A stretch of 64,000 bases of DNA from Rebecca billardiae RCC1528 (GCA_965240325.2 OZ251229.1:62001-126000); one strand, 5' to 3'; counted from the first letter of the stretch, positions 43,729-57,800 are shown. Program-made: numbers and translations. Notes: a model not told the origin generated them from the sequence alone.

Positions 43729-44324
43729 TATATATACGTACGTATACGTGACGTCGTCATATCATCGACGATCATATCATCGTCGTAGTATCATACATGA
43801 GCAGTAGAGTAGCAGCGCTGCCGCGTAAACTTGCCTGCGGCTGCGGTCCGCGGGAGTCCGCCGCCGCCGGGTGGCTGGCGCGGCCCGCGCGGCCCGGTCG
43901 GGCTACCGCCGCGGATGCAGGCTGCCGGGCACCGCGACGATGGCATAGAAGTCATCACTCAACGCAACACGCCGTGACCATGCACGCTGCGGTGACGCTG
44001 CCACTGTTAGACTTAGCAGACTCAGCGTCTGTGCGGGTGCGGCACCGGGCCCGTGCTGCATGGCGAATGCACGGCCCGGCCGCACGCCGAGCCGCGGGAC
44101 TCCTCGAGCCGCTCCGTCTGCCTCCGCAGCAAGGTCGGGAGGCTGCATCAGGGCTTGTCGTCATTAGGCTGCATGGCAGCGCAGCGCAGCGCGCGGCCGT
44201 GGCATGCAGCGTAGCATTCGTAGCACAGAGACAGTCAGAGTCTGACAGAGCAGCGCGGCGCCGAGGAGGCCAGCCGCCGGTGGCGCCCGCACGACCGGCT
44301 GTGCCGCACGCGCGCGGGCGGGCG

Positions 44325-45189
44325 TCAGAGCACCCCGAGCGCCATGCCGCCCATCTCCTGCATCGCGGCCTGCCCGCGTCGTGTGTCGCCCATCCCCGCC
44401 CCGCCGCGCGCCTGCTTGGCGCTCGCGGCCGCAAAGTTGGAGAGGTCGGTCGTGCGGTGCCGGAAGCGCGTCTCGCCGATCGGCTTGAGCAGCCCCTCCT
44501 CCCAGCCCACCACGTGCGACTCGAGCATGGGCTGCTTGTACTGCTGCTGCGGGCCCGTCCTTCGCCTGTGGTGCCGGATCAGGTCGGCGTGGAACAGCCC
44601 GGCTGACTTGTACTCCGTCATCGGCACGACGAATGAGCCGTCCGCTTGCTCTGCGCAGAGGGGGGGCAGGGGGGGGCAGGGGGGGGGGCACGGCTACTCA
44701 AGCGGGCGTCCGGGCTTGGACAGGGCGGCGCGCGGCGCGCGGCGCGCGCACCCGTCGCCCCACGAATCCCGTCCACGAACTCGTCCCACGTGATGTACCC
44801 GTTCCCGTTCCGGTCGAGGTACTTTGAGAGGACGTGCAGCTCGTGCTCGGGCACCTCCTTGTTGCCGTACGTCGTCAGCAGGTTGCGCAGCTCCTGCATG
44901 TCGAACATGCCGTTGCCGTCGGCGTCGTACACGTGGAAGAGGTGGAACAGCTCCTGCGCGCGGGCGTGCCGGGCGCGCGGACGCGCCGTGCGCGCGGCGT
45001 CGGCGCGCGCGCGCCGGCGCGGCCCCGAGGCCGCGGGCGCACAGCGCGCGCGCCGCGCGCGCCGATCGCCGCGCGTGCGCTGACCACCCAATCCTCCTTA
45101 CTGCGCACGTTGAGGATGCTGCGCACGTTGGCACGGAACGGCCCGTCCGTGTCCAGGCCCGCGAGCGCCGTCAGACCGAAGAAGGCCAT
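44325..45189 (-). CDS. EF-hand protein, three exons; possibly a ciliary microtubule inner protein
   Basis: MAFFGLTAL... exon 1; EF-hands DADGNGMFDMQE and DRNGNGYITWDE in exon 2; exon 3 ...KQPMLESHVVGW; GT-AG introns restore the frame. Confidence 0.8.
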
Positions 45190-45443
45190 CGCCGGCCGCC
45201 GTGCGTGCGCAGCCCCGCGCAGCCTGCCCCGCTACGACACGCTGATTCCGAAACGTGTGTCGTGAGGGGCTGGGCGTGAGTTCTCTAAGCGGACCCGCCG
45301 TTACTCGGGCGCCATCGCGTCGGTTTCACGCCGCCATCGTCGGCCTGGCCACTTCCTGCAGGGCGGGCGGCAGCGCACCTCCTCGCCTCCTCGACGGGCG
45401 CGCGCGCGCGCGGCTCTCGGCGCGGCGGCGCGGCCGTGCGCCC

Positions 45444-46987
45444 ATGGTGAAGCGCGTGGGCCAGTATGAGATCGGCCGCACCCTCGGCGAGGGCACCTTC
45501 GGCAAGGTGAAGGCCGCGACCAACGTGGACACGGGCGAGCGCGTGGCGATCAAGATCCTGGACAAGGAGAAGATCCACCAGCAGAGCATGGGCGCGCAGA
45601 TCAAGAAGGAGATCAACGTGATGAAGATGGTGAAGCACCGGCACGTGGTCAACCTCAACGAGGTGCTCGCCTCGAAGACCAAGATCTTCATCGTCCTCGA
45701 GCTCGTCACGGGCGGCGAGCTGTTTGACAAGATTGTCGCCGCCGGCCGGTTCGACGAGCCGACCGCGCGCAAGTACTTCCGGCAGCTGATGTCGGGGGTG
45801 GACTACTGCCACCGGCAGCAGGTGTGCCACCGCGACCTCAAGCCCGAGAACCTGCTGCTCGACGAGACGAGCTCGCTCAAGATCTCCGACTTCGGCCTGT
45901 CCGCGCTGTACGGCACCGACCAGGACTCGACGCTGCTCAAGACGACGTGCGGCACGCCCAACTACGTCGCGCCCGAGGTGCTCGCGGACAACGGGTACTC
46001 GGGGTTCGCGGCGGACATCTGGTCGTGCGGCGTGATCCTGTACGTGCTGCTCGCCGGCTTCCTCCCCTTCGACGAGCCCGCCATGTCCGTCCTCTTCCGC
46101 AAGATCATGAAGGGCGACTTCACGTACCCGTCTTGGTTCACGCGGCAGGCCAAGGAGCTGCTGCAGACCATCCTCGTCACCGACCCGAAGAAGCGCGCGT
46201 CGATCGAGGAGATCAAGGCGACGGCGTGGTACCGCGAGGGCGGCTTCACCGAGGACGAGCTGCGCGCCGAGGACGGCACGGGCCTCGACCCGTCGCCCGA
46301 CGAGATGGACATCGGCGTCGCGGACGACGCGGCGGACGAGGGCGCGGAGGGCGACGCGGACGACGTCGACCTGAACCCGCAGAAGTGAGCCAGCCCGCAG
46401 CGGGCGCGGGCAGACGCGCGCGCCGCCGCCACGCACGCCGCGCTGAGGCGCCGCGCGCCGCGCCGCCGCGCCGCCCGCGCGCAGAATCAACGCGTTCGAG
46501 CTGGTGACGCTGCTGGGCGGCATCGACCTGACGCCGATGCTGGACAAGGACGAGAACGCGCGCGTCAAGCTCACGCGCTTCGCCACCAAGGTGCGCGCAG
46601 GAGGAGGAGGGGGGGCGGGGGCGGGCGGGGCGGGCGGCGGGCGCTGACGCCCGCGTGCGCGGTGCGCGCCCCGCGCAGCTCTCGGCGTCCAAGGCGGTGG
46701 AGGAGCTGGTGGCGGCGCTGGACGCGCTCGGCATGAAGCACGAGAAGGTGAACCAGTTCAAGCTGACAGTCACGTTTGACACGCCCGCGGGCGAGGGCAC
46801 GATGACGGCGCAGGCGTTCATCCTCGCGCCCGGGCTGCACCTGCTCGACTTCAGGCGCGGACAGTCAGACTACCTCACCTACTACAAGAAGTACTGCGTG
46901 ATCAAGGAGAAGCTCGCGCACATCGTCGACCCGATCGAGACCTCGTACGCGCAGGGCGAGGCGGAGCGGCCGGCGGCGCCGACATAG
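45444..46987 (+). CDS. CIPK: CBL-interacting (CIPK/SnRK3-like) Ser/Thr kinase; introns 46385-46484 and 46591-46678
   Basis: GEGTFGKV, HRDLKPEN, DFG and TTCGTPNYVAPE, followed by the NAF motif INAFELVTLLGGIDL and TRF. Confidence 0.92.
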
Positions 46988-47923
46988 CCGCAGACGCCGG
47001 CCGCACTCTGAGCAGACTGATCGCGGCTGGTAGTGGTGGGCTCGGTCTGTCGGCGTCGTCTGCCGCCGTGGCAGCGGGCGCGGCTGCTGGTCGGAGGCGT
47101 GAAGGCCACCGCCCATGCGGACGCAAAATGCGGCTCCCGGCGCGGGTGGCGGCTCGCACTCGCTGGCAGCCGGCGCAGCCGTGAGCGCCGGCATAAGCAT
47201 TGCGGCCGGCGGCCGGGCCCGGCCGTCCAGCGCCAGCGCCCCCGGGGCCCGGGCCCGGCCCGCCGGCCCGCGGCGGGCCCGCCACCGGATATGATGATGA
47301 CTATGAGGCGGAGTTGGCCGTATAGTACGTCGTGGCCTGACCGATGTCTGATAATATATTCGTCTCTGAATACGCCTACGGACAATACGGTTCCCTTAGA
47401 TGCCGAGCAGGACCGCCTTGATAAAGGGCCCCGTGGCCCGTTATTGGCGGGCTGGCCGCTTGGCGTTGCCGTTGGGCGCCGCGGGAAGCCGGGAATGCCC
47501 GAATGGGATTGGCCTTGCCCTTGGCCTTGGTGACTAGGTGAGTTGCCAGTTCAGGGCGCGGCCCGCCCGCCGCGCCGCGGATGATAATAGCGCGACTAAA
47601 TCACTCACTACTGTAGACTAATGACTTGAATCCTGACCGTGTCCGTGTCGCCCGTATCGTCAAATAACAGCAGTAGATTTTCACATGTCGTACTACATGC
47701 CGCAGCAGCGTCAGTCTTAGCACCGGGCACACGTGTGACACGTTCGCACCGATCGACCCGCGCCCGAGCCATCCACTATCCAGGCCCAGCCCACCTGAGC
47801 TGAGGCCGAAGACTGACACCGGGCCGCGCGGTTCCGGGCCGCACGGCTGAGACTCCTCGATGGCCGAGCGCGACGCCGGTCCGCCGCGCCCGGCACGGCG
47901 GGCGTTAGGCGACACGCGCGCGC

Positions 47924-48578
47924 CTAGTCCTCGTCCTCGTCCTGCTCCGTGTCGTGGATGTTGTAGTAGCGCAGCTCGTAGGACGCCTTGGAGTTTGCGA
48001 CCACGTGCAGCCAATCGCGCAGCTGCTGCTTCTTCAAGTACTTCTTGCTCAGGTACTTGAGGTAGCGCTTGGAGAGCGGGATCTCCGAGGTGACGGAGAG
48101 CTTGCTCTTCTCGCGCTCGATGCGCACGTTCTCCCCAAGGTTGCCCGTCTTGCCGCCCACCTTGATCCTGTCCTGCAGGAACTTCTCCTGCGCAGCGCAC
48201 GCGGCCGCGCAGCAGAGCCAAGGCCGGCCGCGCGCGCGCTCGGTGAGCCCGTGGCGCCAAGGCGGCGTGCGCGCGCGCGAGCAAGAGGCGCCGCGTCGGC
48301 CACGCACAAAGGACGCGGCATCCATGATCGCATCGTCCACGGGCTGCGAGCAGTCGATCACGTACTTGAGCGACTTCTTCGCCTTTGCCTGCGTGGCCGC
48401 CTTTGCGCTCTTCTTGATCTGCGCGGCGCGCGGCGCGAGGGGCGCGCCAGGCGGGCCGAGGCGAGAGGAGGCGTCGTGAGCGAGGTCGAACATCCAACCC
48501 GCGGTCCAGAGCGCCAGCGCGGCCCCGGCGGGCGCCGTGCGCGCGCCCCGAGGGCTCACGGGCGCGCACCGCCGGCAT
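47924..48578 (-). CDS. RPL22: 60S ribosomal protein L22 (eL22); introns 48569-48419 and 48307-48188
   Basis: [53 protein letters not shown] and YELRYYNI. Confidence 0.96.
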
Positions 48579-48820
48579 GGCTCCAACGAGCTCGCGTTGC
48601 CACGTGCGCCAAGCCGCCAACAGGCCTTGCCCAGCGAGTGACAGAATATGGGGCGCCGCAGTCCGGTGGCTGGCTCGGGTCCGGGGTTTGCTCAAGAACT
48701 TGTGGCGCAGATTTCGTCAGCTCTCTCCTTTTGCGAAGCGCCAAGCGGCCAAGGCCGGATCTGACGACGCCGGCCGCCGCCCATTCGCTCGCGGCGGGCC
48801 AACCGGCGCGCGCGCTCGCC

Positions 48821-51800
48821 ATGTTCGCGCAGTTCAAGAGCGCCGTGGGCGAGCTGCACCTGCAGGTGCTCAAGCGGTTCTGCAAGTTCGTCCTCGTCCG
48901 GCTGCTCGGCCGCTTCATCGCCACCGAGATCGACCTGCAGAAGCTCAACTTTGAGGTGGGCTCGGGCACGGCCGAGCTCGAAGACCTGCACGTCGACGCG
49001 CGCATGGTGAACAGCCTGCTCGGGGACTCGCCGCTCGTGTTCCTCTCCGGCGTGATCGGGCAGGCGCGCCTCGCCGTGCCCTGGCGCGGCCTGCTCAGCG
49101 GCGAGCCCGCCTCCGTCTGCCTGAGCGACGTGCGCGTCACGCTCGCGCCCGCCTCCGCCTCGCGCGCAGCCGGCGGCGCCGCGGGCGCGCGCATGATGCG
49201 CAGCAGCCTGATGCAGGAGTTCAGCACGCCGAGCCTGCTGGCCAAGTCGATGTGGACCGACGAGCTCGAGGACGAGGCCGCCGCCGCCGCCGCCGCCACC
49301 GAGCCGCCGCCCGCGCCGCCCGGCGGCGGCAGCGGCGGCGCGTCCGAGCGCGGCGCGGGCGGCGCGGACGCGCCGGACGAGCTGGCCTCGCAGGCGCAGC
49401 AGATGCTCAGCCGGATGATCGGGCAGCTGGTGTGCGGCGTGCACCTCCGCATCGAGCGGCTCACCGTGCGCGTGCCGCACGACGGCCGCGTCCTCGTCCT
49501 CACGCTCGAGAGCGCGAGCGTGGGCGACGCGCCCGAGCGCGCGCACGCGGACGGCGCGGACGGCGCGGGCGGCGCGGACGGCGCGCCGGACGGCGAGGCG
49601 GAGGCGGCGGGCGCGCTCGGGGCGGCGTCGGCGGCGGCGGCGGGCGCGGGCTCGGCCGGCGGCGACGACGCCGGCGCCGCGCCCCCGCCCGCCGACGACG
49701 GCGTGCCCCACGCCGTGTGCAAGCGGCTGGTGCTGGTGCGCGCGCGGCTGCACCTCTGGCCGCACGGCACTGAGCCCAGCGACCACCACCACGCGCGCCG
49801 CCACGCACAGGGGGGCCAGGGGCAGCGCGGTGCGCGCGCGCAGCCGGGCGCGCGCGGCGGCGGCTCGGAGGGCGCGGAGGGCGCGGAGGGCGCTCCCTCC
49901 GGCTGCTCCGCGCTGATTGGCCAGATGGCCATGGGTCAGGGAGGCGACAGCGTGGACGTGCGGCTCAACCTGCGGCAGCCGCAGCAGCAGCCGCAGCACG
50001 GCGGCGGCGCGGACGGCGGGGCCGCGGCGGACGGCGGCGCGGACGGCGCGCCGCGCGCCGCGGCGGCTGCGGGCGCGGGCGGCGGCGCCGCGCCCTCCGA
50101 GCCGCCCGCGCGCATCGACCTCTCCGCCGAGCTGCGCGCCGTGCACCTCGCACTCGACGGCGAGCAGCTCGCGCACCTCGGCGCGCTGATGGCCGCGGCC
50201 GCGCGGCCGCCGCGCGCGCCGCGCGCGGCCGCGCTGCCGGCGCCCGCCGCGGCGGCGCCCGCCGCCGCCGCGGAGAGCGCGGCGGCGCGCGGCGCGGCGC
50301 CTCCGAGCGCGGCGCGCCCCGCCCCGCCGCCGCCCGCCGCCTCGCCCGCCCCGGCCGCGCCCGCCGCCGCCGGGTGCGTGCGGCTGCGGCTGCGGCTGGG
50401 CTGCGCCGGGCTGCTCGGGCTGGGGCCCCCTGCTGCGGCTGCGGCGGTGGGGCTGGGACAGCCGCAGCCGCGCGCGGAGGGGGCGGCAGCGTGCGCGGGC
50501 GCAGAGGGTGGCGCGCAGCAGGTGCAGCAGCAGCCGCAGCTGCAGCGGCACGTGCTCGCCCTCGGCCTGCGCGCGCTGCAGCTGGACGCGCTGCTGCGCA
50601 CGCACACGCACACGCACACGCACACGCACACGCACGCGCACCAGCTCGGCGCGGACCAGGGCCACGGTGACGGCGCGTCGGCCGAGCCGGCCGGGTCGGG
50701 CGCGGAGGCCGGCCCCCCGGAGGCCGGCCCGCTGCTGCGCGTGCGCGCGAGCACGCGCGAGCTGGGCCTCGTCGAGTGCCTCGCGCCGTGCACGCAGCCG
50801 CACGCGCACCGCCCCTCGCAGCACCGCCCCTCGCCGCCGCTCTCGCCCGCCGCGCAGGAGCGGCGCGCGCCCTCCGCCGCCGCCCCGCCGCCCGCCCCGC
50901 CGCCGGGCGCGCGGCTCCTGTCGCTCTGCCGCTGGCTGGGGCTGGATCTGCGCGACGGAGGCGAAGGAGGGCTGGGCGCGCGCGTGGCGGGGCCGGGCGG
51001 CGCGCTGGGCGGGCTGGGCGCGGACGGCGCGGAGGGCGCGGAGGGCGCGGAGGGCGGCTCGCTGCTGTCGCTGTGCGAGGGCGGCTGCCTCTCACTGCAG
51101 CTCCTGGCGCAGGGGCAGGGGCAGCAGGGGCAGCAGGGGCAGCAGCACGCGGGCCCGCCGCCCGGCGCGGCCGACGGCTCGCGCGACACGCCCGACGCGC
51201 CCGTGTGCGCACTCGAGCTGTGCGTGCGCCAAGCGCCACCGCCGTGCGCCGCCGACGCGGCGCGCGCGGCGGTGGCCGCGGCGGTGGCCGCGGCGGACGC
51301 GGCGGGCGCCAGCGCGACGGGCGCGCAGCTCCTGGCCGCGTCCGCGACCGCGGCCGCGCTCACCGCGCCCGCGCACCCGCGCTCGCCCGGCCGCGACGGC
51401 GCGCGCGCCCCCGCCGCGCCGCTGGACGGCGCGCTGAGCGTGAGCGCCGCGCACGTGCACGCGCACTGCGACGCGCGCGGCCTCGCGCTGCTGGCCCGGC
51501 TGCGGGCGCACGCGGCCGCGCACGGCGCGGGCGGCGCGGGCGGCGCGCGCGGCGCGCGGCGCTCGGACGAGGCGGGGTGCGCGCCCATGGGCGGCGCGTG
51601 CGCCTCCGCCTCCGCCTCGCCGCTCGACGCGCTGGGCGCGGCGGATGCGGCGGCGGCGGCGCCCGCAGCGGCGGAGCAGGGCGCGCCGCCGCGCTGGCGC
51701 GTGCGCTGCAGCGGCCGCGCGCTCGGGCTGAGCGCCGCCGTGCTCTGGGCGGCCGAGGGTGCGGCGCCGGCGGCAGCGGCGCAGGCGGCCGCGCCCGCCG

Positions 51801-54800
51801 CGCCCGAGCAAGCGGCCGCGCCCGCCGCGGCCGCGGCCGCGGGCCGGCGCGGCCGCGGCCGGCGCGGCGCCGGCCGCGCGCGCGGCGGCCTCGCGGCCGT
51901 GCGCGTGCAGCCCGCGGACGGCGCGGCCGCGGCCGACGCCGCCGGCTGGGGCGAGGGCGAGGGCGGCGGCCACTGGGCCGACTGGCGCGCGCGCGCGCCG
52001 GCCGAGGCCGCGCCGCCCACCGCCGCGCGCCCCGGCCGCAGCGGCGTGCGCGGCGTGCTGCTTCTGCTCGAGCGGCCGCACGCGCGGCTGTGCTGGCTGT
52101 GCGCGGCGCACGCTGGCGGCGCGCCGCTCGCCGCGTCGCTCGGCGTGGGCCAGGCCGTGCTGTGCCGGCACGCGGAGCCGGCGCAGCCGCCGCCGCCGCC
52201 GGGCTCGCAGCACGCGCGCTGGCTCGCGGCGTGGGGCGGCAGCGCGCGCGCGCTGCCGCCGCCGCCCGCCGCTGCGGGTGTGCGCTGGCACGCGCTCGCG
52301 TGCGTGCGCGGCCGCTGCTCGGCGCACGCGCGCGTGATGCTGCCCGCCGAGGCCGCGCCGCCGCCGCCGCTGCGCGACGCGCTGCCGCCGCCGCAGCCCG
52401 AGGCCGCGCGCGCGCACGCGCGCGCGTGGGCGCGCGCGCCGCCGAGCGCCGGCCCGGCGGACGGCGCGGCGCCGGGCGCGGACGCGGTGGGCGCGTGCGG
52501 CGCGTGCGCGTGGTGGCCCGCGGGCGCGCGCCCCGCGCCGAGCGCCGCCGAGCTGCAGCGGCTCGACGCGGCGTGGCCGTTCGAGGAGCGCGCGGGGCAC
52601 CACGCGCACGCGGCCGAGCGCGGCGCGGCCGAGCGCGCCGAGCGGCCCGGCGCCGCGGACGCCGCGGCCGCGGCGGCCGCGGCCGGCGGCGCGCGCGGCC
52701 GCGGCGCGCGCGGCTGCGCCGAGGGGTGCGCGCCCTCCGCGCACCCCGAGCCCGCCGAGCCCGCCGCGGCCGCTGCGTCCGAGGGCGTGCTCACGCACGT
52801 CGACCGCGAGGAGGAGGAGGCGCTCTCGGCGTTCGAGGCGCAGCTCGGCGCGCGCTGCGGCGCGGACGTGGAGCTGCGGCTGGGCCACTGCAGCGCCGCG
52901 CTGGGCGAGGCGGACGCGCCGTTCGTGGGGCAAGCGCACGCGCTCGCGCGTGCGCTCAGCGCGGCGGCGGCGGAGGCGGCGGCGGAGGCGGAGGCGGCGA
53001 GCGCGGCGCGGCGGCACCGTGCGGCGCGCTCCGCCGGGGCCTACCTCTCCGCCACCACCGCCGCCACCGCCTCGATTCACACGGCAGCGTGCGCCTCCGC
53101 GTGCGCCTCCGCGTGCGCGCAGCAACAGCAGCAGCCGCAGCAGCCGCAGCCAGCCGGGCGCGCTGCGTGCGCGCGGCCGCGCGACGAGCCGCGCTCGGCC
53201 GCGCTGTGCGCCGCGTCGGGGTGCGCGTCGCAGCTGAGCTGCAGCAGCGCGCTCTTCCACTCGGCCGTCGAGGGGCAGAGCTTCTGCTCCGCAGCCGCGT
53301 CGGCGGACGGCTGGGGCCAGAGCGGCGGCGCGCCCGGCGCGCCCGGCGCGCACGCCTCGGCGGCGCGCGGCGCAGGGCCGCTGGGCGCGCCGTGCGGCGC
53401 CGGCGGCTTGGACGGCGAGGGGTGCGGCGCCGTGCCGTTCGGCGCGCCCTTCTCGCCCTCCGCGGCGACGAGCAGCGGCGAGCGCTCGCCCGCCGACGCG
53501 CCCTCGCCGCCCGACGCCGACGCGGCCGGCCTGGCGCTGCGGCTGCCGCCGTGCGCGCTGCAGTGCGCGCTGCCGTGCGGCGCAGCCCTCCCCCTGGGCG
53601 CCCCTTCGCCGTGCGCCCAGGGGGAGGGCTGCGCGCACTGCGCGCACGCGGACGAGGGCGCCGCCTCCGCCGGCGCCGCGTCGACGGCGTGCACCGCCGA
53701 GCCCGCGCTGCGCGCAGTGCAGGCCTCCCCCTCGGCCTGCGGCTCTTTGCGCGCGCTGCTCGACGGGCCGGCGGGCGTGCACTCCGCCCTCGTCTTTGAG
53801 CCGGCCGACGGCGCGTGCGGCGCGTGCGGCGGCGGTGGCGGCGGTGGCGCGAGCAGCGCGGCCGCGCTGCTCGACGGGCGCGCGGCCGGCCGGCGCAAAG
53901 CGCACTTTGCGTTCGGGCTGGGCGAGGCCAGCGCGGCGGCGGCGGGCGCGCCGCCCTCGCCCACGCCGCCGCCGCCGCCGCCCTCGCCGCCCTCGCTCGC
54001 GCTGTGCACCGCCGACGTCGGGCTGTGCGAGCTGCTCCTGCACGCGCACGGCGGCTGCGCGCGCGCGGCCGCGCCCGCGGCCGCCGGCGCGGCGCCGGCG
54101 TCGGCGGAGGCCGAGGCGGAGGCGGCGGGCGAGGGCGCCGACGCGTGCTGGCAGCTGCTCTGCGCGGGCGCGCGCGTGTCCGCCGGCCTCTCGCGCGGGC
54201 CCGGCCCCGCCCCGCCCGCCACCTCGCACGTGTGCGCCTCTGCGTGCGAGCTTGAGCTGCGCTGGCAGCGCGCGCCGCACGCGCCCGCGCTGCGGCTGCT
54301 GCACCGGCCGGACTGCCTCGGGCTGGCGAGGCTGGCGCGCGGCGGCGGCAGGGGCGGCGGGGCGGAGGAGGCGCGCGGGGGCGCGCACCCGCACGCCGCC
54401 GGGCTGCCCGCCGCGCTCGCCGTGCGCGCGCGCCTGCACACGCCGCCGCACGGCGCGCCGCGCGTGCTGCCGAGCGTGCACGTGAGCGCGTGCGGCCTGC
54501 TTGCAAACGTCGTGCCGCCCGCGCTGCGCGCGCCCGCGCTCGAGCCGCTCAGCGCGCTGGCGCGCGCGCTGGCGCGCGAGCTGCGCGCGCCGGCGGGCGC
54601 GGCGGCGCCGCCCGCCGCCGCGGAGGCGCCCGCCGCCGCGTCCGCCGAGCCGTCGCCGTCGCCCTCGCCGTCGCCGTCTGGGCGCGCGCTGCCGTGCTTG
54701 CTGCTGCTGGCGGTGCGCCACTCGGCGCTGCGCTTCAGCAGCGGCGCGGGCGGCGGCGGGGGCGGCGGCGCAGGGGGCGGGGAGGCGGCGGCGGCGGAGG

Positions 54801-57800
54801 GCCCGCCGCTGCACGGCGCGGCCGCGCCCCCCTCGTGCGGCTCCCTGCTGCTGCTGCTGCACACGTGCCGCCTCAGGGCCGCGCCCTCCGTCCCCGCGCC
54901 TGGGTGCGCCTCAGCGCTCACTCTCTCGCTCTCGTGCGACGCGGCTGAGCTGCACGCGCTGCGCGGGGAGGAGCCCTCGCACGCCGAGCTGGTGGGCGAG
55001 TGGAGGGAGGCGGCGTGCGCGGCCGCGCCCCTCGAGCTGATGCAGTGGTGGCTGCACGCGGCCGGGTACGCCAAGGTGGGCGTGTCGCACTGGCTGCAGC
55101 TGCACGGCACGCGCGCGCCAACGCCTGCGCACGCGCACGCGCGCACGCACGCGGAGGGCGCGGAGGGCGCGGAGGGCGCGGAGGGCGCGGCCTTGGCGCT
55201 CCCCTCGCACCGCGTGGCCGTGGAGCTGAGCAACGAGCGGCTCGACCTGATCAGCACGGCGGACTCGACGGCGGTCAGCCTGGCGCTGCTGCACGCGCTC
55301 GGCGCGCAGCTCGGCGGCGGTGGGGGCGGCGCGCGCGGCGGGGGCGCGCAGCAGCAGCCGAGCGCGCGCGCGGCGGCCGGGCCGCAGCCGGCGCGCGCGC
55401 CGCGCGAGCGCCGCGGCCGGCGCGCCGACGGCGGGCGCGGGCGCGGCGGCGGCGGCGGCGGGTGCGCTGAGCGCGGCGGCGCGTTGGGCGGAGGGTGGTA
55501 CGAGGCGGAGGGGCCGGCCATCCTCGAGCACCCCTCGCCCTCGCCCGCGCACGCGCAGGGCGGGCGCGCGGGCGCCGCCCTGCCGCCCGCGTTTGTCCCG
55601 TTTGAACACGTGCCCTGGGCCGAGCACAACGCGCAGCACAGGGGCGGCGCGGCGCATCAGCCGGGGTGCGGCGGCGGCGGCGGTGCGTGCGGCGTGCTGC
55701 GCACCGCGGCGGGCGGCGCGATGTGTGCGCAGTCGGTGGAGCAGGTGGCGCGCTGGCTGCCCGCCGAGGGCGCGGAGGGCGGCGCCGACGCCGGCGGCGC
55801 GCCGCCCCCTGCGCCCTCGGCCGCGCCGCGCTCAGCGGCGGGCGCGGCGGGCGCGGCGGTGGCGGCGCCCCCCGCCTCGCAGCAGCAGCCGGCGCAGCCG
55901 CAGCCGGCGCAGCCGGCGCAGCCGGCGCAGCCGGCGCAGCCGGCGCAGCCGGGCGTCGGGCGCGCGCGCGCCATCGTCGTGTCCGCGCCCCGCGTGTTCG
56001 GTGGCTCGCTGATCGAGGACCACGTGCCCACGCCGCCGCCTCAGCCGGAGCTGGGCGAGCCGAGCGCGCAGCCGGGCGCACACGGCGCGGGCGTGTCCGC
56101 AGCCGCCGCCGCCGCCGCCGAGCCGAGCCCGCCCCTGAGCGTGCTGAGCGTGCGCGTCTCGCGCTTCAACTGCAGCTGGGCGCTGCACGCGGGGCGGGAC
56201 TGGGAGGAGGAGGGCGCGCACCCCGACACAGCGGAGGAGGAGGCGGAGGCGCGGGCGCGCGCCGAGTGGGGCGCGGACGGCGCGGGCGGCGCGCGCGCGG
56301 CCGACGGCGCCGACGGCGCCGCCGAGGCCGGGTGCGGCGTGCTGCTCGGCCGCGTGCTCGACTCGTACGCGCAGAGCCCGCCGCGCCGGCCGCGCGCGCA
56401 CGGCGGCGCGGCGCGCGGCCGGCCGCGCCCCGCCGCGCCCCGCCGCACGGACGTGGTGGTCGAGCTGCGCGTGCGCAAGGCGGCCGCTGCGTACGACCAG
56501 TACGCGCCAGCGCAGTACGCGCCAGCGCGCGCGGCGCACGCGCAGGTTGGCGCTGCGCCGCGCGTGGGCTCCTCGCTGTGCGTCGAGGCGGAGGCGGTGG
56601 AGGTGGAGGACAGGCTGGCCAACTCCACGTGGGCCAAGATGCTGTGCGCGCACCGCAGCTGCGCGCACCCCTCGCCCATCGAGCGCACCAAGATGATGCG
56701 CGTCACGGTGCGCTGGGCGGACGGGCCGCCGCGCGCGCACGAGGAGGAGGGCGCGCACGACGCGCGCCGGGGCGCGCGCGCGCACCCGTCGCCCGCGGCG
56801 CGCGAGGCCGCGCCGCCCGCGCCGCTGCCCGTGCTGCTCGCCCGGCTCGAGCTCTGCCCGCTGCGGCTGCACCTCGACCAGGACGCGCTCGAGTTTGTCG
56901 CCAGCTTTGCGGCGCAGGCGAGCGCGCAGCTCATCAGCGCGCAGCTCGAGCACGCCGAGCGCGGCACGCGCGCGGGCGCGCGCGCCGCGCCGCACGCCGG
57001 CGGCGAGGCGGCGGCGGCGGGCGGCGGCGCGTCGTGCCGCGCGGAGCCCTCCTCGGCGGCGGGGCACGAGGGGGGTGCGGCCGAGGAGGGTGCGGACGAG
57101 GAGGGCGCGGACGAGGACGGCGCGGGCGCCGAGTCCTCGGGCTCGGAGGCGGAGGGAGACGCGGAGGCGGAGGCGCGCGCTGCCGGCCACCCCGCCATCC
57201 TGCGCGCGGAGGTGTGCGAGCTGCACCTGTGCGTGGACTACAAGCCGAAGCGGTGCGACCTCACGCGCGCGCTGAGCGGGCAGGGCGTGGGCCAGCTGCT
57301 CAACCTCTGCCCGTGGGAGGGCGTCGAGCTGCAGCTCGCGCGGCAGGTGGTGCGCGCCGTGCGCGCGGGCTGGGGCGCGCTCGCCGTCGAGCTGGGCGAG
57401 TGCTGGGGCGCGCAGCTCTCCGAGCAGCTGGCGGGCAACCTCGCGGCGGTGCAGCCGCTGCGCCCGCTCGCCTCGATCGGCGCGGGCGCGCGCGAGCTCG
57501 TGCGCGCGCCCGTCGCGCAGTACCGCCGCGAGAAGCGCGTGCTGCGCGGGCTGCGGCAGGGCGGCGCGTCGTTCGTGCGCGCGCTCGCGCTCGAGGCGCT
57601 GGCTCTGTCTGCGCACGCGGCGCTGCACTCGCAGCTGCTGCTGCAGCACGCGGACGCGGCGCTGGCGGGGGCGGAGGGCGCGGAGGGCGCGGGCGGCGCC
57701 GGGCCCGCGCCCGCGCCCGGCGGCGGCGCCGGCGGCCAGCTGCTCTCGCCGCGCGCCGAGCAGCCCGCGGACGCGCGCGAGGGCCTGCAGCAGGCGGCGG

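Noticed and set aside
47954-48820. N-terminal extension of ATG2 in the ORF track (likewise 18044-18649 and 37715-38131 for their genes)
   Set aside because: These overlap the divergent neighbouring gene; homology or a signal peptide begins at the downstream ATG.
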